From contig NC_057759.1 in assembly GCF_004010195.1 (NCBI RefSeq), positions 5,547,725 to 5,609,724 on the forward strand: DNA of 62,000 bases, written 5' to 3'. Source of the stretch: Chiloscyllium plagiosum (taxonomy: Eukaryota). Positions 24,800 to 36,464 of the stretch are shown here, in pieces. The translations under genes and the position numbers were made by a program. The stretch's first letter is position 1, and each line of letters starts with the position of its first letter. Below the pieces are notes generated by a model. The model was not told the origin of the DNA. It did not search any database and worked only from the letters and a program-made list of their open reading frames with translations.

Positions 24800-27700
24800 C
24801 AGCTTAACACATGGCTTTGAGGCTGGTGCAGGAGGGAGGGCTTCAGGTACCTAGACCATTGGGATACCTTCTGGGGAGAAGGTGGGACCTGTATATGAAG
24901 GACGGGTTGCACCTGAACTGGAGGGGCAGAAATGTCCTGGGTGGGAGATTTGCTCATGTGATTCAGCAGGGTTTAAACTAGTTTGGCAGGGGGTGGGAAT
25001 CAGAGCCACATGTCTGAGAGGGGGTCAGTTGCAGACGGGACAGTGACAGGATATATTGAATCTATCGGGAAGATTTCTTACGCGATGAAATAAAGGGATC
25101 GGTTAAAGTGTGTCTTCTTTAATGCAATGAGTATCTGAAATAAGAGTGATGAACTTGGAGCATGGATCAGTACTTGGGGACTATGATGTTGTGGCCATAA
25201 CGGGGATGTCAGTTTCAAAGGGGCAGGAATGGTTGCTTGATGTTCCAGGGTTTAGAACATTTAAAAAGACCAGGGAGAGTGGAAAAAGAGGAGGGGGTGC
25301 AGCATTGCTAATCAGAGTGTGCATCACAGCTACAGAAAGAAAGGTTGTTGAGGAAGGTTTGTCTACTGAGTCTGCATGGGTGGAAGTTAGGAATAGCAAG
25401 AGAACAGCCACCGCATTGGGGACTTTCTACAGACCACCTAATAGCAGTAGAGAGATTGAAGATCTCAGAGGTGGGCAGATTCTGGAAAAATGCAAAAGTA
25501 GCAGCGTTGTTGTTATGGGTGATTTCAACTTTCCCAATATCGACTGGAACTTCCTAAGTCCAGATGGTTTGGGTGGAGCCGTTTTTGTCAGGTGTGTTCA
25601 GGAGGGTTTCCTTACTCGGTATGTAGACAGACCAACGAGGGGAGGCGCCATTTTGGATTTGGTGCTCGGCAATGAGCCAGGACAGGTGTCAGACCTCTTG
25701 TTGGGACAGCACTTTGGTGAAAGTGATCACAACTGCCTCACATTTAGCATAGCCTTGGAGAGTGAAAGGAGTAGTTACCGAGGGAAGATATTTAACTTGG
25801 GGAAAAGGAAATTATGACGCTATCAGACAGGAGTTGGGAAGTACAGACTGGGAGCAATTGTTCCACAGAAAGGGCACAGCAGACATATGGATACTATTTA
25901 AAGAGCAGTTGTTGCAAGTGATGCACAAATTTGTTCCTCTGAGACTGGTAAGAAGGGGTAAGATTAAGGAACCTTGGATGATGAGAACAGAGGAACGTCT
26001 TGTCAAAAGGAAGAAGACAGCTTAAGTGAGGTGAAGGAAGCAAGGATCTAGCACACCTTTAGAGGATTATAGGCTTGCTAGAAAGGAGCTCAGAAATGGA
26101 CTGAGGAGAGCCAGGAGGGAACAGGAAAAAGGCTTGGCAAGAAGGATTAGGGAGAACCCAAAGGCATTTTACTCACACGTGATGAATAAGAGAATGATCA
26201 GGGAGAAGGTAGGGCCGATCAGGAATAGCGGGGGGAACTTGTGCGTGGCGCCTGGGCAGATAGGGGAAGACCTAAATGAGTTTTTTGCTTTGGTTTTCAC
26301 CAAGGAAAGGGAACTTGTTGTAAATGAAAACTTAGAGGAGCGGGGATACAGTCTTGACCCAATTAAGATTGATGAAGTTGATATGCTAGAAACTTTGGAA
26401 AACATTAAGATTGATAAGTCCCAGGGCCAGACCAGATTTACCCTAGGCTGCTCCGGGAAGCGAGAAAGGAGGGTGCTAAGCTGCTGGCGAGGATATTTGC
26501 CTCCTCACTCTCCATGGGAGTCGTACTGGAGGATTGGAAGGAGACGACTGTTGTTCCTCTTTTCAAGAAGGGCAATAGGGAAATCGCTGGCAATTACAGA
26601 GCAGTCAGTCTTATGTCTGTGGTCAGCAAAGTTGTGGAAAGAATTCTGAGGGATAGGATGTATAACTATTTGGCAAAGCATAGTGTGATTAAAGACAGTC
26701 AGTATGGCTTTGTGAGGGGCAGGTCATGCCTCACAAATCTTACTGAGTTCTTTGAGGAGATGTCAAGACAAGTCGACGACGGTCGAGCAGTGGATGTGGT
26801 GTATGTGGACTTTAGCAAGGCATTTGATAAGGGTTCCCCATGATAGGCTCATTCATAAAGTCAGGAAGTTTGGGAACAGAGAGATTTGGCTATCTGGATT
26901 CAGAATTGGCTGGCTGACAGAAGGCAGAGAGTGGTTGTAGATGGAAAGTATTCTGCCTGGAGTTCAGGGGTGAGTGGAGTCCCTCAGGGCTCTATTCTTG
27001 GGCCTCTGCTCTTTGTAGTTTTTGTAAATGACTTGGATGAGGAGGTTGAGGGGTTGGTTAGTAAATTTGCAGATGACACAAAGGTTGGAGGTGTCGTCGA
27101 TAGTATAGAGGGCTACTGTAGGCTGCAGCGTGACATAGACAGGAATGCAGAGCTGGGCTGAGAAATGGCAGATGGAGTTCAACTGGATAAATGCAAAGTG
27201 ATGCATTTTGGAAGATCAAACTTGAATGCTGAATATAGGATTAAAGACAGGATTTTGGCAGTGTGGAGAAACAGAGGGATCTGGGTGTGCAAGTGCATAG
27301 ACCCCTCAAAGTTGTCACCCAATGGATAGGGTTGTCAAGAAAGCATATGGTGTTTTGGCTTTCATTAACAGAGGGATCGAGTTTAAGAGACGCAAGGTTT
27401 TGCTGCAGCTCCACAAGTCCCTAGTGAGACCACACTTGAAATATTGTGTCCAGTTCTGGTCACACTACTATCAGAAAGATGCAGAGACTTTGGAGAGGGG
27501 GCAAAGAAGGTTTACCAGGATGTTGCCTGGACTGGACCACTTGCCATATGAAGAAGGGTTGAATAAGCTTGGACTTTTCTCTCTGGAGAGAAGGAGGGAG
27601 AGGGGAGACCTGATTGAGGTGCACAAAATAATGTGAGGAATAGATAGAGTCAATAGCCAGAGACTTTTCTCGCAGGATTGACTGGAATGAGAAGTCATAG

Positions 27701-27950
27701 TTTGAAGATATTAGGAGGAAGGTATAAAGGAGATGTCAGAGGTAGGGTCTTTACGCAGAGTTGTGAATGCATGGAATGCGTCGCCAGCTGTGGTGGTGGA
27801 AGCAGAGTCATTAGGGACATTTAATTAACTACTGGACATGCACATGGATAGCAGTGAGTTAAGGGGTGCATAGGTTCAGTTACTATATTTTACATTAGGT
27901 TTAAATCTCGGCAAACATCGTGTTCTGTGCTATACTTTTCTCTGTTCTAT
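24800..27950 (+). mobile_element. CR1 LINE: ORF1 end plus nearly complete, disrupted ORF2 (APE + RT)
   Basis: DGLHLNWRG (ORF1 esterase end), YRPPNSS, MGDFNFPNIDW, SDHN, GVPQGSILGP, FADDTK, RPHLKYCVQFW; TTCTAT-like tail. Confidence 0.95.
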
Positions 27951-27988
27951 ACATACCATTGGTAAAATGTCTTTTCTTTCACTTACAG

Positions 27989-28020
27989 GTCACTCTAATG
28001 ATGCAGCAGGAAGGAAACAC
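27989..28020 (+). pseudogene. Receptor tail exon D (32 nt, phase 1-0)
   Basis: Strong acceptor cttttctttcacttacAG; reads HSNDAAGRKH; followed by GCAAGT (GC donor or mutated GTAAGT). Confidence 0.45.
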
Positions 28021-28345
28021 GCAAGTTATTTTGCAGTGAAAAAGAGGGCAGTTAATTTTTAATCAGCAAAGTTATGTTTTTAGCAGGCGGTTAATGTAAA
28101 GTCACCATTGTCTCATTAGGGAGAGGGAGAAAGAGGTGTGGGGGAGAAAAAGAGAGAAAAAGCAACAACTGTTTTATGGTTTAACCTGAGGGTCACCACA
28201 TCTAAAACACAGAGAATGATCACACACGGCAATCTCAACCAGAGCAGCAATTGAACTGCATGCTGTCACCGTGACTATACATTGTAAGCCTACTATAGAA
28301 TCAACTGAGCTAACCAACCCCTGCATGGCCAGTGGCAGAAACATT

Positions 28346-28826
28346 GGGTGGCACAGTGGCTCAGTGGTTAGCATTGCTGCCTCACAGCGCCAGGAACCCA
28401 GGAATAATTCCAGCCTCGGGTGACTGTCTATTGGGAGTTTGCATATTCTCTCCTTCTCTGCGTGGGTTTTCTCCGGGTGCTCCAGTTTCCCCCACAGTCC
28501 AAAGATGTGGAGTTTAGATGGATTGGTTATACTAAGTTGCCCATAGTGTGAGAGTTATGCAGGCTGGGAGGATTAGCCATGGGAAATGCAGGGTTACAGG
28601 GATTAGAGAGGGTGTTGGGCTGGGGTTGGATGCTATCAGGGGATCAGTATGTGGACCCGATGGACTGAAAGGTCTGCTTCCACGCTGTAGGATTCTATGA
28701 TGTGCAGGTTCGGGGGATTGGCCATGGGTAATGCAGGGTTATAGGGGTAGGGTCGGGGTCTGGATGGGATCCTCTTCACTGGCTTGGGACAGACTGAATG
28801 GTCTCTTTCCACACTATATGGATTCT
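28346..28826 (+). mobile_element. HE1-type V-SINE with duplicated 3' part
   Basis: GGGTGGCACAGTGGCTCAGTGG head and V-domain; the tail ends at ~28700 and repeats (TGTGCAGG...GGATTCT) to ~28826. Confidence 0.88.
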
Positions 28827-29673
28827 GGGGACATCAATGTTTAGCTCAATGGTGTGGGGCAATTTATTCTGATCTCAATTTTGATGAGATTCACTTTCAG
28901 TTTCTGAAATAATGGGGAAGCAAAATCCTATGTTTTCAGCTCCCCAGGGTATGTCCCGCAGATGTGAATGTGAATCTTGCTGTGGCAGGTCGCGGATTTG
29001 GAATTCGATTTTAAATAAAACAGATCTGGAGTTAAGACTCTAATGATGACTGTTGTCAGGAACAAACAACCATCTGGTTCAAAATTGAAGACTGAGGTGA
29101 GGAGGAGTTTCTTCTCTGAGGGTTGAGAGTCGTTAGAACTCCTTGCCACAGAGAGCTGTATGTGGGGTCAGCGACCATGTTTAAGGCTGGGGTAGGTAGT
29201 TTCCTGATCAGTCGGGGAATTGAGGGTTACATGTTAAGTGCAGGAAAGTGAGCGTGAGGAATGGGGCATCAGCCACTATGTGATTGAATAGCTGAACAGG
29301 CTTGAAGGGCCGAATGGTCTTCTCCTGTTCCTGACTGTGATGGTCCTTAAGGGAATGAAACCTGCCCTCCTTACCGTCTCTGCTCTGCACTTGATTCCTA
29401 ACACTTTGCAAACTCTTCACTGCCTTCTGGCTGAATAAGTCGATTGGTTGAAGGACATTTCAGAATCGCATCCACTTCCCACCTTGACAGAGATGACCAC
29501 ATCCTGTTTAGAGTACAGAGAAATAACATTTGTCAGGGTCAGTTTTAGGCTTGTTCCAGTCATGTGCTTTGCCAAGAGAAATTGGTCTGTATAATGACCC
29601 CAGACATTCACAGCTCCTCCTGTATATTCTGATTGTCTTTCAGGCAAAGTTTGTTATTCTCATCCGTTTTCAG

Positions 29674-30572
29674 AGTCATACAGTACGCAAACAGGCCCTT
29701 CAGCCCAACTCGCCCATGCCAACCAGGTTTCCCAAACTCAACCGGTCCTATTTGTCTGCATTTGGCCCATATCTCTCTCAACTTTTCTTATCCATGTACC
29801 TTTCCAAATGTCTTTGAAATGTTGTAATTGTACCACTTCCTCTGGCTGCTCATTCCATATACTCACTGCCTTCTGTATGACAAATTTGTCTCTCAGGTCC
29901 TGTTTTAATCTTTCCCTTCTCACCTTAATCCTATGCTCACTAGTTTTGGACACCCCGACCCTGGGTAAAAGACCATTCCCATTTACCTTTTCTGTGCCCC
30001 TCGTGATTTTATAACCTCTGTAAGGTCACCCCTCAGCCTCCAGCGCTTCAGGGGAGAAAAGCTTCCAGCTTATGAAGCTTCCCCTTATAACATAAACCCT
30101 GCAATTGTGATGACATCTTTGTAACCTTTCTAGCTTAACAACATCCTTTCCACAGCAGGTTGACCAGAACTGTACACAGTATTCTAAAAGTGGCCTCACC
30201 AATATCCTGTACAGCTGTAACATGATGCCCCAACTCCTGTCATCAATGCTCTGACCAGTGAAGGGAAGCATGCCAAATGCCACCTTCACCACAGTGTCTT
30301 GCTACAATGCCACATTTAAGGAACTGTCTTCCTGCACCCCTAGGTCTGTTTGTTCGGAAACACTCCCCAGACTTGTACTATTAACAGTATAGGTCCTGCC
30401 CTGGTTTGCCTTACCAAAATGCAACATCTCACATTTATCTAAATTAAACTTCATCTGCCATTCCCTAACCCACTGGCCCAGTTGATCAAACTTCCATTGT
30501 CCTCTTAGATAACCTTCTCCTCTGTCCAAAATGCCACCAATTTTGGTCCTGCTCCTACTACGTTTCTTGTTG
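29674..30572 (-). mobile_element. CR1 LINE 3' fragment with 12-bp TSD
   Basis: LYRILVRPLLEYCVQFWS and FNLDKCEMLHFG motifs; ATCCGTTTTCAG at 29662-29673 and 30573-30584. Confidence 0.92.
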
Positions 30573-30584
30573 ATCCGTTTTCAG

Positions 30585-30784
30585 GCTGACCAAGCGGAAC
30601 AGCAACCACCCTGCATTACATAAGTCACCCTGAGGCACACAGATACAGGTGAGGATGAGGAACCAGGTCAAGACTAAGAGGGGAAAGTGAGGTCTGCAGA
30701 TGCTGGAGATCAAAGTTGAAACTTTATTGCTGGAATCAAGACTAAGAGGGAAACGTTCATGTTAGCCTTCCATGGACATTGTGA
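30585..30784 (+). pseudogene. Receptor tail terminal exon with disabled ITIM
   Basis: After ttttcAG, phase 0, and removing a 53-bp insertion plus one TSD copy: ADQAEQQPPCIT*VTLRHTDTGEDEEPGQD*EGNVHVSLPWTL*. TAA at 30621 sits at the Tyr position of IxYxxL. Confidence 0.6.
30683..30735. mobile_element. 53-bp Penelope-related short insertion with 15-bp TSD
   Basis: GAAAGTGAGGTCTGCAGATGCTGGAGATC family sequence flanked by TCAAGACTAAGAGGG at 30668-30682 and 30736-30750. Confidence 0.85.
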
Positions 30785-31199
30785 AACAGTGCAGAAGAAA
30801 GCCTGTGAAGCTTCACAAATCGATCAACAGCAAATCTATCTTCCAGCAAATAAGGAGGACAAGGAAGAGAAGGCATAGCACTGTCACGTTTCTGCGACTC
30901 GGCTAAGCTTTGTCTCAATTCACTCAGCAAGGTATCAGTTCGAAAGATGGACTTGTTTTGAGAAGCCATCTGAAATATAGTCTCTCCCAGAACTCTCGGT
31001 GGGTCAATTTATACCGCTGTAGCATGATCTATCTGTTGATGGCAGAGATTTGAGATTTTATGGTGTCCTCTCCTAACTTGAGCATCCAATTGATTTCGTG
31101 GGGAATGGGTCGAGGCAGACGAGACAATGAATTGAATGTACTCTGCGCATCATTTATTTAAACTGTGGTGAACTGGAAATAATTCAAGACAGGATCATT

Positions 31200-32030
31200 C
31201 ACCAGCCCTATCTTCGTTGCCCTCAAACTTCATCACTTAAAATACACATCCAGCTTTATTTTCATAGCTCATATGGAATCTACCTCCACCACTATCCCAG
31301 GCTGCACAATCCAAATCCTAACAACTCTGAGTAAAGACATTTCTCTTCATCTCACACTTAGCTCTCTTGCTGACAATGTTGAAATTGTGACCCTTAGTTA
31401 CTAACATACCAAGTAATGGTAACAAAATATTCTTCTTTCCACTGTCAAAATTCTTCATATTTTTGAATACCTCCATAAATTCCCCCTCTTAATCTTCTCT
31501 CCTCTAAGGAAAAGAAGCCTGGTGTCACTAATCCTTCCTTGTATGTAAAATCCTTCATTCCTGCTATCATTCTAGTAAATCTCCAGAGCTTGAAGATCCT
31601 TCCTTAAATAGAACTGAACACAAATGTGGTCTGACCGATGATTTGTTAAGGTATAGCATCACTTCCTCGTTTTATAATCAATGCCTTTATTTATAACTGT
31701 AAGGATCCTATAAACCTTCTTCACAATGGTTTCAGCTTGCCTGGCCACCGTTCATACACGTGAACCCGGAGGTCCCTTTGCTCCAGTGCTCCCCTCAAAG
31801 ATGTACCATTGACCCTGCATTGTTGCCATGTGTTTCTGTTCGCAAAATGTATTTCATTACATTTGTCTGCGTGGGAATTCATGTGCCAGATTTCTGCCCA
31901 TTTGGCCAACTTGTCAATCTCCCTGCGATGTCACTCAACATCATCCTCACAATTCACTCCTCTCCCTGGGTTAGTGTCAACTGTGAATTTAGAGATTATG
32001 TCCTCAACACCCAATTCCAAATCATTTATA
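31200..32030 (-). mobile_element. CR1 LINE fragment, old
   Basis: WAEIWHMNSHADKCNEIHF...EQRDL motif (ORF 31721-31909). Confidence 0.8.
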
Positions 32031-32034
32031 GAAC

Positions 32035-32295
32035 CATGTAGTTATCAATGTGTACGTGTCAGTTTCTTCTATGTGCAGGTAACTATCAATTCTACCTGTC
32101 CGTTTCCCCGATGTGAATATATATTTACCAGTCTGTTCCTGCTCTGTGAATTGAGACCGTCAATGTTGACTTGTATTTGTCCGTTTCCTATATGAATGTG
32201 TGAGTGTATTTACTGGTCTGTCCCTTCTGTGATTTGAGAATGTTGATATTAATCTGTATTTGTCATTTTTTCCTATGTCAATATGTGAATGCATA
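32035..32295. repeat. Degenerate ~45-50 bp minisatellite
   Basis: Recurring TGTGAAT...TATCAAT.TGTA..TGTC.GTTTC units; same consensus as 58740-59670. Confidence 0.55.
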
Positions 32296-34079
32296 TGTCA
32301 ATAAGTGAATGATATTTTTTATACCAATATGCAACACAACAGCACGTCATCTCCTTTCTCACCAAAATCAAAATCACTGATATGGTACAGCACAGAAGCA
32401 GACCATTCAGCCTATTGTGCCTGTACTGGCACATTCTCTTATGCATCAGTTCTGCAGTAATTGTTGGGAATGTGAACTTCATCCATACATTGTCAGTGTC
32501 TATATGGAAAGGACAATTTGACATGAGTTCTGCAGACATCAGACTTTTAATAACTGTAGTCCTTGGTTGGTCAGATCGCATTTGTGTTCAGTTCTGGGCA
32601 ACTTATTTAAGGAACGATCCTCAAGCTCTGGAGTGGGGTCATTGGAGATTTATTGGATCTCATTCACCTATGTTCAGTTGTGATTTTGTCTGAATGTAGC
32701 ACAGACTCTAAATAAACTCTTTTAATCATGCTTAATTGTATTGCATTTTAGTCTGTTTATTTTTACATTGTGTGAGAGTGCATGTATAGTAGACTTTATC
32801 AGGCGCTGCTGGGCACTGTCTATCCTCAGCTGTGATAAGTGATAGTGAGAGTCAATTCATATCTGGAAATAATTGAGGCCAAATTTTATTCTTTTCCTTT
32901 CAGCAGCCAGTGGCTGAGTGAGAGTGAGTTTGCTCTTGTGCTGCCAGTCTGTATCCCAGTTCATGTCTCCTGTAGTGAATGGGAAACAGCCGAAGTTCTT
33001 TAATTGTTAGTGCCTGTAGGAATCACGAGCAAGTGAAAATGTAACACACTGCAACAGAAAGGATTCTGTGCTGTTCTTCAGAGTCAAGGTAGGAAACACA
33101 ATGGACCTTTTGTATCTTGTATAGTGCGGAATCTAATAGGGAGTAATGATATAAAATGTTGGTCTCCAGAATGCCATCAGCTTTTGTTTCAGTGCATAGT
33201 GACGTTCTTTTATGAATACTGGTGAAGTAAAAATCAGTGTAAACTGAATCCATTTGCAACTAAGTGACAAACAATTCAACTGCATTGGAGCTGACTGACC
33301 TTGTATGGAAAAGACAATTGGCTAATTCACTTCAATTTTCTGATGTAGACAGAACATTACCCTGCTCTGTAGTGTGATGATGCACCATTAGCAGTAGTCT
33401 TATGTTGCTCTATAGTAGGAAGGAGAAAAGAAAAGGACTTGTTTTTTTTGTCATGCAGTGCAGAATATGTAAACTGTCAAATTCAATTCATGGAATAATC
33501 AACACTGTTTAACTCTGCTTGAAAATAAAATGCACAATTCTACAAGCCTAACAAATTTGGCATTTTTTCCCCCCTTTTCTCCACTGCTTGGAAGGGTGGT
33601 TATTAGATTCCACTGATATATTGTGAAAATTGCAGCCAGATTTCATGCTTTTTTGGTGATACATCCCAGGGAGGGGGAGGAGGAGTGCAGAGCTCTTTGT
33701 AGAAAATTGCAACAATTTTGAAAGAAGTACATAAATATCTAAAAAAAAAAGAATTTCTTGATGGACTGAAACAGACAAAACAAAGTCTTCTACTGCAATA
33801 TGAAGAAATGCAGAATGATGTTGTGATAAAGATGGGGATGATAAGCTCCTCTGCTACCATGATCCATTTATGCAAATGGATGCTGGCTGATCAGGATGAA
33901 AATTGTTAGCTGGTTGTTTCTGATCAGTGCAGACTCAAAAGTTTTGATGGGCCTGATTCTGTGCTGTCGGCCTCTCTCTCTCTGACAAAGGATCTGTGGG
34001 TATAAATAATTTTGAATGTAACATTTTCTGTTACTTGCAATGTCAATGGAACTGCATGGCTGTTAGATATTGTAATGTG

Positions 34080-34780
34080 TGTCAGGATGGTGCAGAGACC
34101 GAGTGTGAGAGTGTGTGTGTGAGAGTGTGTGTGTGAGAGTGTGTGAATGGAGGTGTTGCTTAGTCCCGTGTGAATCTTATTACACACCTCCCCGTGTGAA
34201 TCTTCTTATCTGTATGTAACTAGAATGGAATGTGTTTTTTAGCCTTGCTCTGCTCTAACCGAAAATGGAAGGTGTCGCTTAGTCCCGTGTGAATCTTGTT
34301 ACACACCTCCCCGTGTGAATCTTCTTATCTGTATGTAACCAGAATGGAATGTGTTTTTTAGCCTTGCTCTGCTCTAACCGAAAATGGAAGGTGTCGCTTA
34401 GTCCCGTGTGAATCTTGTTACACACCTCCCCGTGTGAATCTTCTTATCTGTATGTAACCAGAATGGAATGTGTTTTTTAGCCTTGCTCTGCTGTTCACAT
34501 GAATGTTTATATCTGGAAAAGAGTATATCAGCTGGAAAAGTCTCCAGTTCGGTGAGTCTGCTCCGGGGTTACGTTTAACCGCCGAGCGTGGGTTGTTGGC
34601 AACCGCTCTACGAGAACTGACGGCTCCCAGTTCCGGTAACATGTAGAGTGAGTATAAGCGCCCGTTGTAAGTATGAGACCTGGTTGTGGCGACGATGCGG
34701 GGAATAAAATGCCCATATTCTAGCAGACTCGCCTCTTGGTCGTTTGTTCTGTGTCAGACTACTCTCCTACGAACCTGACC
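34080..34780 (+). mobile_element. Putative solo LTR (retroviral-like)
   Basis: Termini TGTCAGG...CCTGACC (one mismatch to an inverted repeat), internal 119-bp tandem repeats, TATA-like motifs at 34506-34529, AATAAA at 34703, CpG-rich; no clean TSD. Confidence 0.6.
34146..34492. repeat. 119-bp tandem repeat, ~2.9 copies
   Basis: TAGTCCCGTGTGAATCTT recurs at 34161, 34280 and 34399; near-identical units, each with two CCCGTGTGAATCTT motifs. Confidence 0.95.
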
Positions 34781-34928
34781 TTGAGAATTTTTTAAAACAG
34801 TGTGTGAGTGTGAGTGTGTGTGTGTGTGTCATTTGGTTACGTACCTACACATCAATCAATCTAATGTAAGGCTTTGACACAGATTGTGCATTTGGAATTC
34901 ATATTATTTGATTGCTGTGTCTATGTAT

Positions 34929-35713
34929 GTGACAAAAGATTAATTGTCCTTCACAGTTACTGATAGCTGAAATGTTTCCTTCAATGTGCTCACTATCTAC
35001 CTCACATATAACTACAAACTAACAGCATTGTCTATTTGTTCACCTCGATTGTCACATTAAAAGTATCCTGACCTGTGAGGACAACCTCAATCGGGACTGA
35101 TTGCTGAAATGTATCCTTCAATTCAATTTGGACTCAATATGTACTTTCCATATGGTTGCTTAAAGTAACTGCATCAGCTATTTGTTCACCTTGATTGTAA
35201 CATTAAAATTATTGTTACTAAATGCAGACAATATAAAGATTGGTGAACTTGTGGGGAGTGTAGAAGTTTGTCAAAGGATACAGCAGGACATAGATCACTT
35301 TCAGATATGGGTGGAGAAATGACAGATTGAGTTTAATCCGGCAAGGTGTAAGATGCTGGACTTTGGGGGATCAATTGTTATGGAAAGATATACAGTTAAT
35401 GGCTGGACTCTGAACAACATTGGGGTTCAAGTCTATAGCTCCCTGAAAGTGGCCATGCAAATAGATAGGGTGGTAACTAGAAGGCGGCATATGGCGTGGT
35501 TGCCTTATTGGTTGACTTTCCATGGGCCATAATTAGAGTTTAGTGACAAAAGATTAATACTGTCCTTCTGAGTTACTGATAGCTGAAATGTTTCCTTCAA
35601 TGTGCTCACTATCTACCTCACATATAACTACAAACTAACAGCATTGTCTATTTATTCACCTCGATTGTCACCTTAAAAGTATCCTGACCTGTGAGGACAA
35701 CCTCAATCGGGAC
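34929..35713. repeat. ~170-bp direct repeat pair (34929-35097, 35543-35713)
   Basis: GTGACAAAAGATTAAT...CCTCAATCGGGAC occurs twice with few differences, flanking a diverged partial copy and a CR1 fragment (~35240-35510). Confidence 0.9.
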
Positions 35714-35867
35714 CTTGGGTTCCTGTCACACCACACACTCACTCATGCAGACCCTCTCTCATCCACACGCTTTCCCTCATACACACATACATGCACCCCC
35801 CCACACTCTCACCCTCTCACAGGCTTATACTCTATCATACTCATACACACACTTTACCAAGCATACT

Positions 35868-35918
<51 letters not shown>

Positions 35919-36463
35919 ACACACACAGACACACACACACAAACACACAAACACACAAACACACAAACACACACACGTAAGTCTCTGGGGTGAATTTGCA
36001 TTTGCAGATACATTCTATTTTGCTCAAAAAGAGCACAATCTGCAGGCTGTCAATCCATGTAATATTTTATAATTTCCTACTTTGGCAATAGAACCAGTCT
36101 GACTCATGATTGGGATACAGACAGACTCTAACCTCACACCTTTAATACATTGTCTGAGTTGAGATGTCACCCTTTTTTAAATAAAGTCTGAAGTCATGTT
36201 TGGAATGTGGCTTAAAAGAAGTTCTGGGATGTATATATTAATGAACTGAAACCTGCAACCCATTCTAAAAGATGAAACACTGAACAGCAATCTTGGTTTC
36301 TTCAAAATATCATTTCAGTTGCATGACACTATAATCTTTTATGATAGATTCTGTGTCTCATGATCCTGTTTCACAACTACCTGATGAAGGAGCAGCGCTC
36401 TGAAAGCTAGTACTTCCAAATGAACCTGCTGGACTATAATCTGGTGTTGCGTGATTTTTCAAT
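35690..36463 (+). mobile_element. Penelope-like element 3' end with CA-rich UTR and hammerhead core
   Basis: EDNLNRDLGFLSH (PLE C-terminus), (CA)n tract, CTGATGA-stem-GAAA at 36381-36405; homologous to 48626-49420 in reverse. Confidence 0.88.
36381..36416 (+). ncRNA. Minimal type I hammerhead ribozyme motif in PLE
   Basis: CUGAUGA-A-GGAGC-AGC-GCUCU-GAAA-GCUAGUACUUC; both catalytic-core boxes are intact, helix III is imperfect. Confidence 0.6.
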
Positions 36464-36464
36464 T

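Noticed and set aside
30772..30906. Basic ORF MDIVKQCRRK...TFLRLG* resembling an amidated peptide precursor
   Set aside because: No signal peptide; overlaps the presumed 3'UTR; likely chance.
32904..33088. Possible + strand exon (ttttcctttcAG ... GTAGGA)
   Set aside because: No recognisable coding content or partner exons; splice-like signals alone are insufficient.
35691..36072. His/Thr-rich ORFs (also 49016-49388)
   Set aside because: Translations of CA-rich microsatellite in Penelope 3' UTRs.
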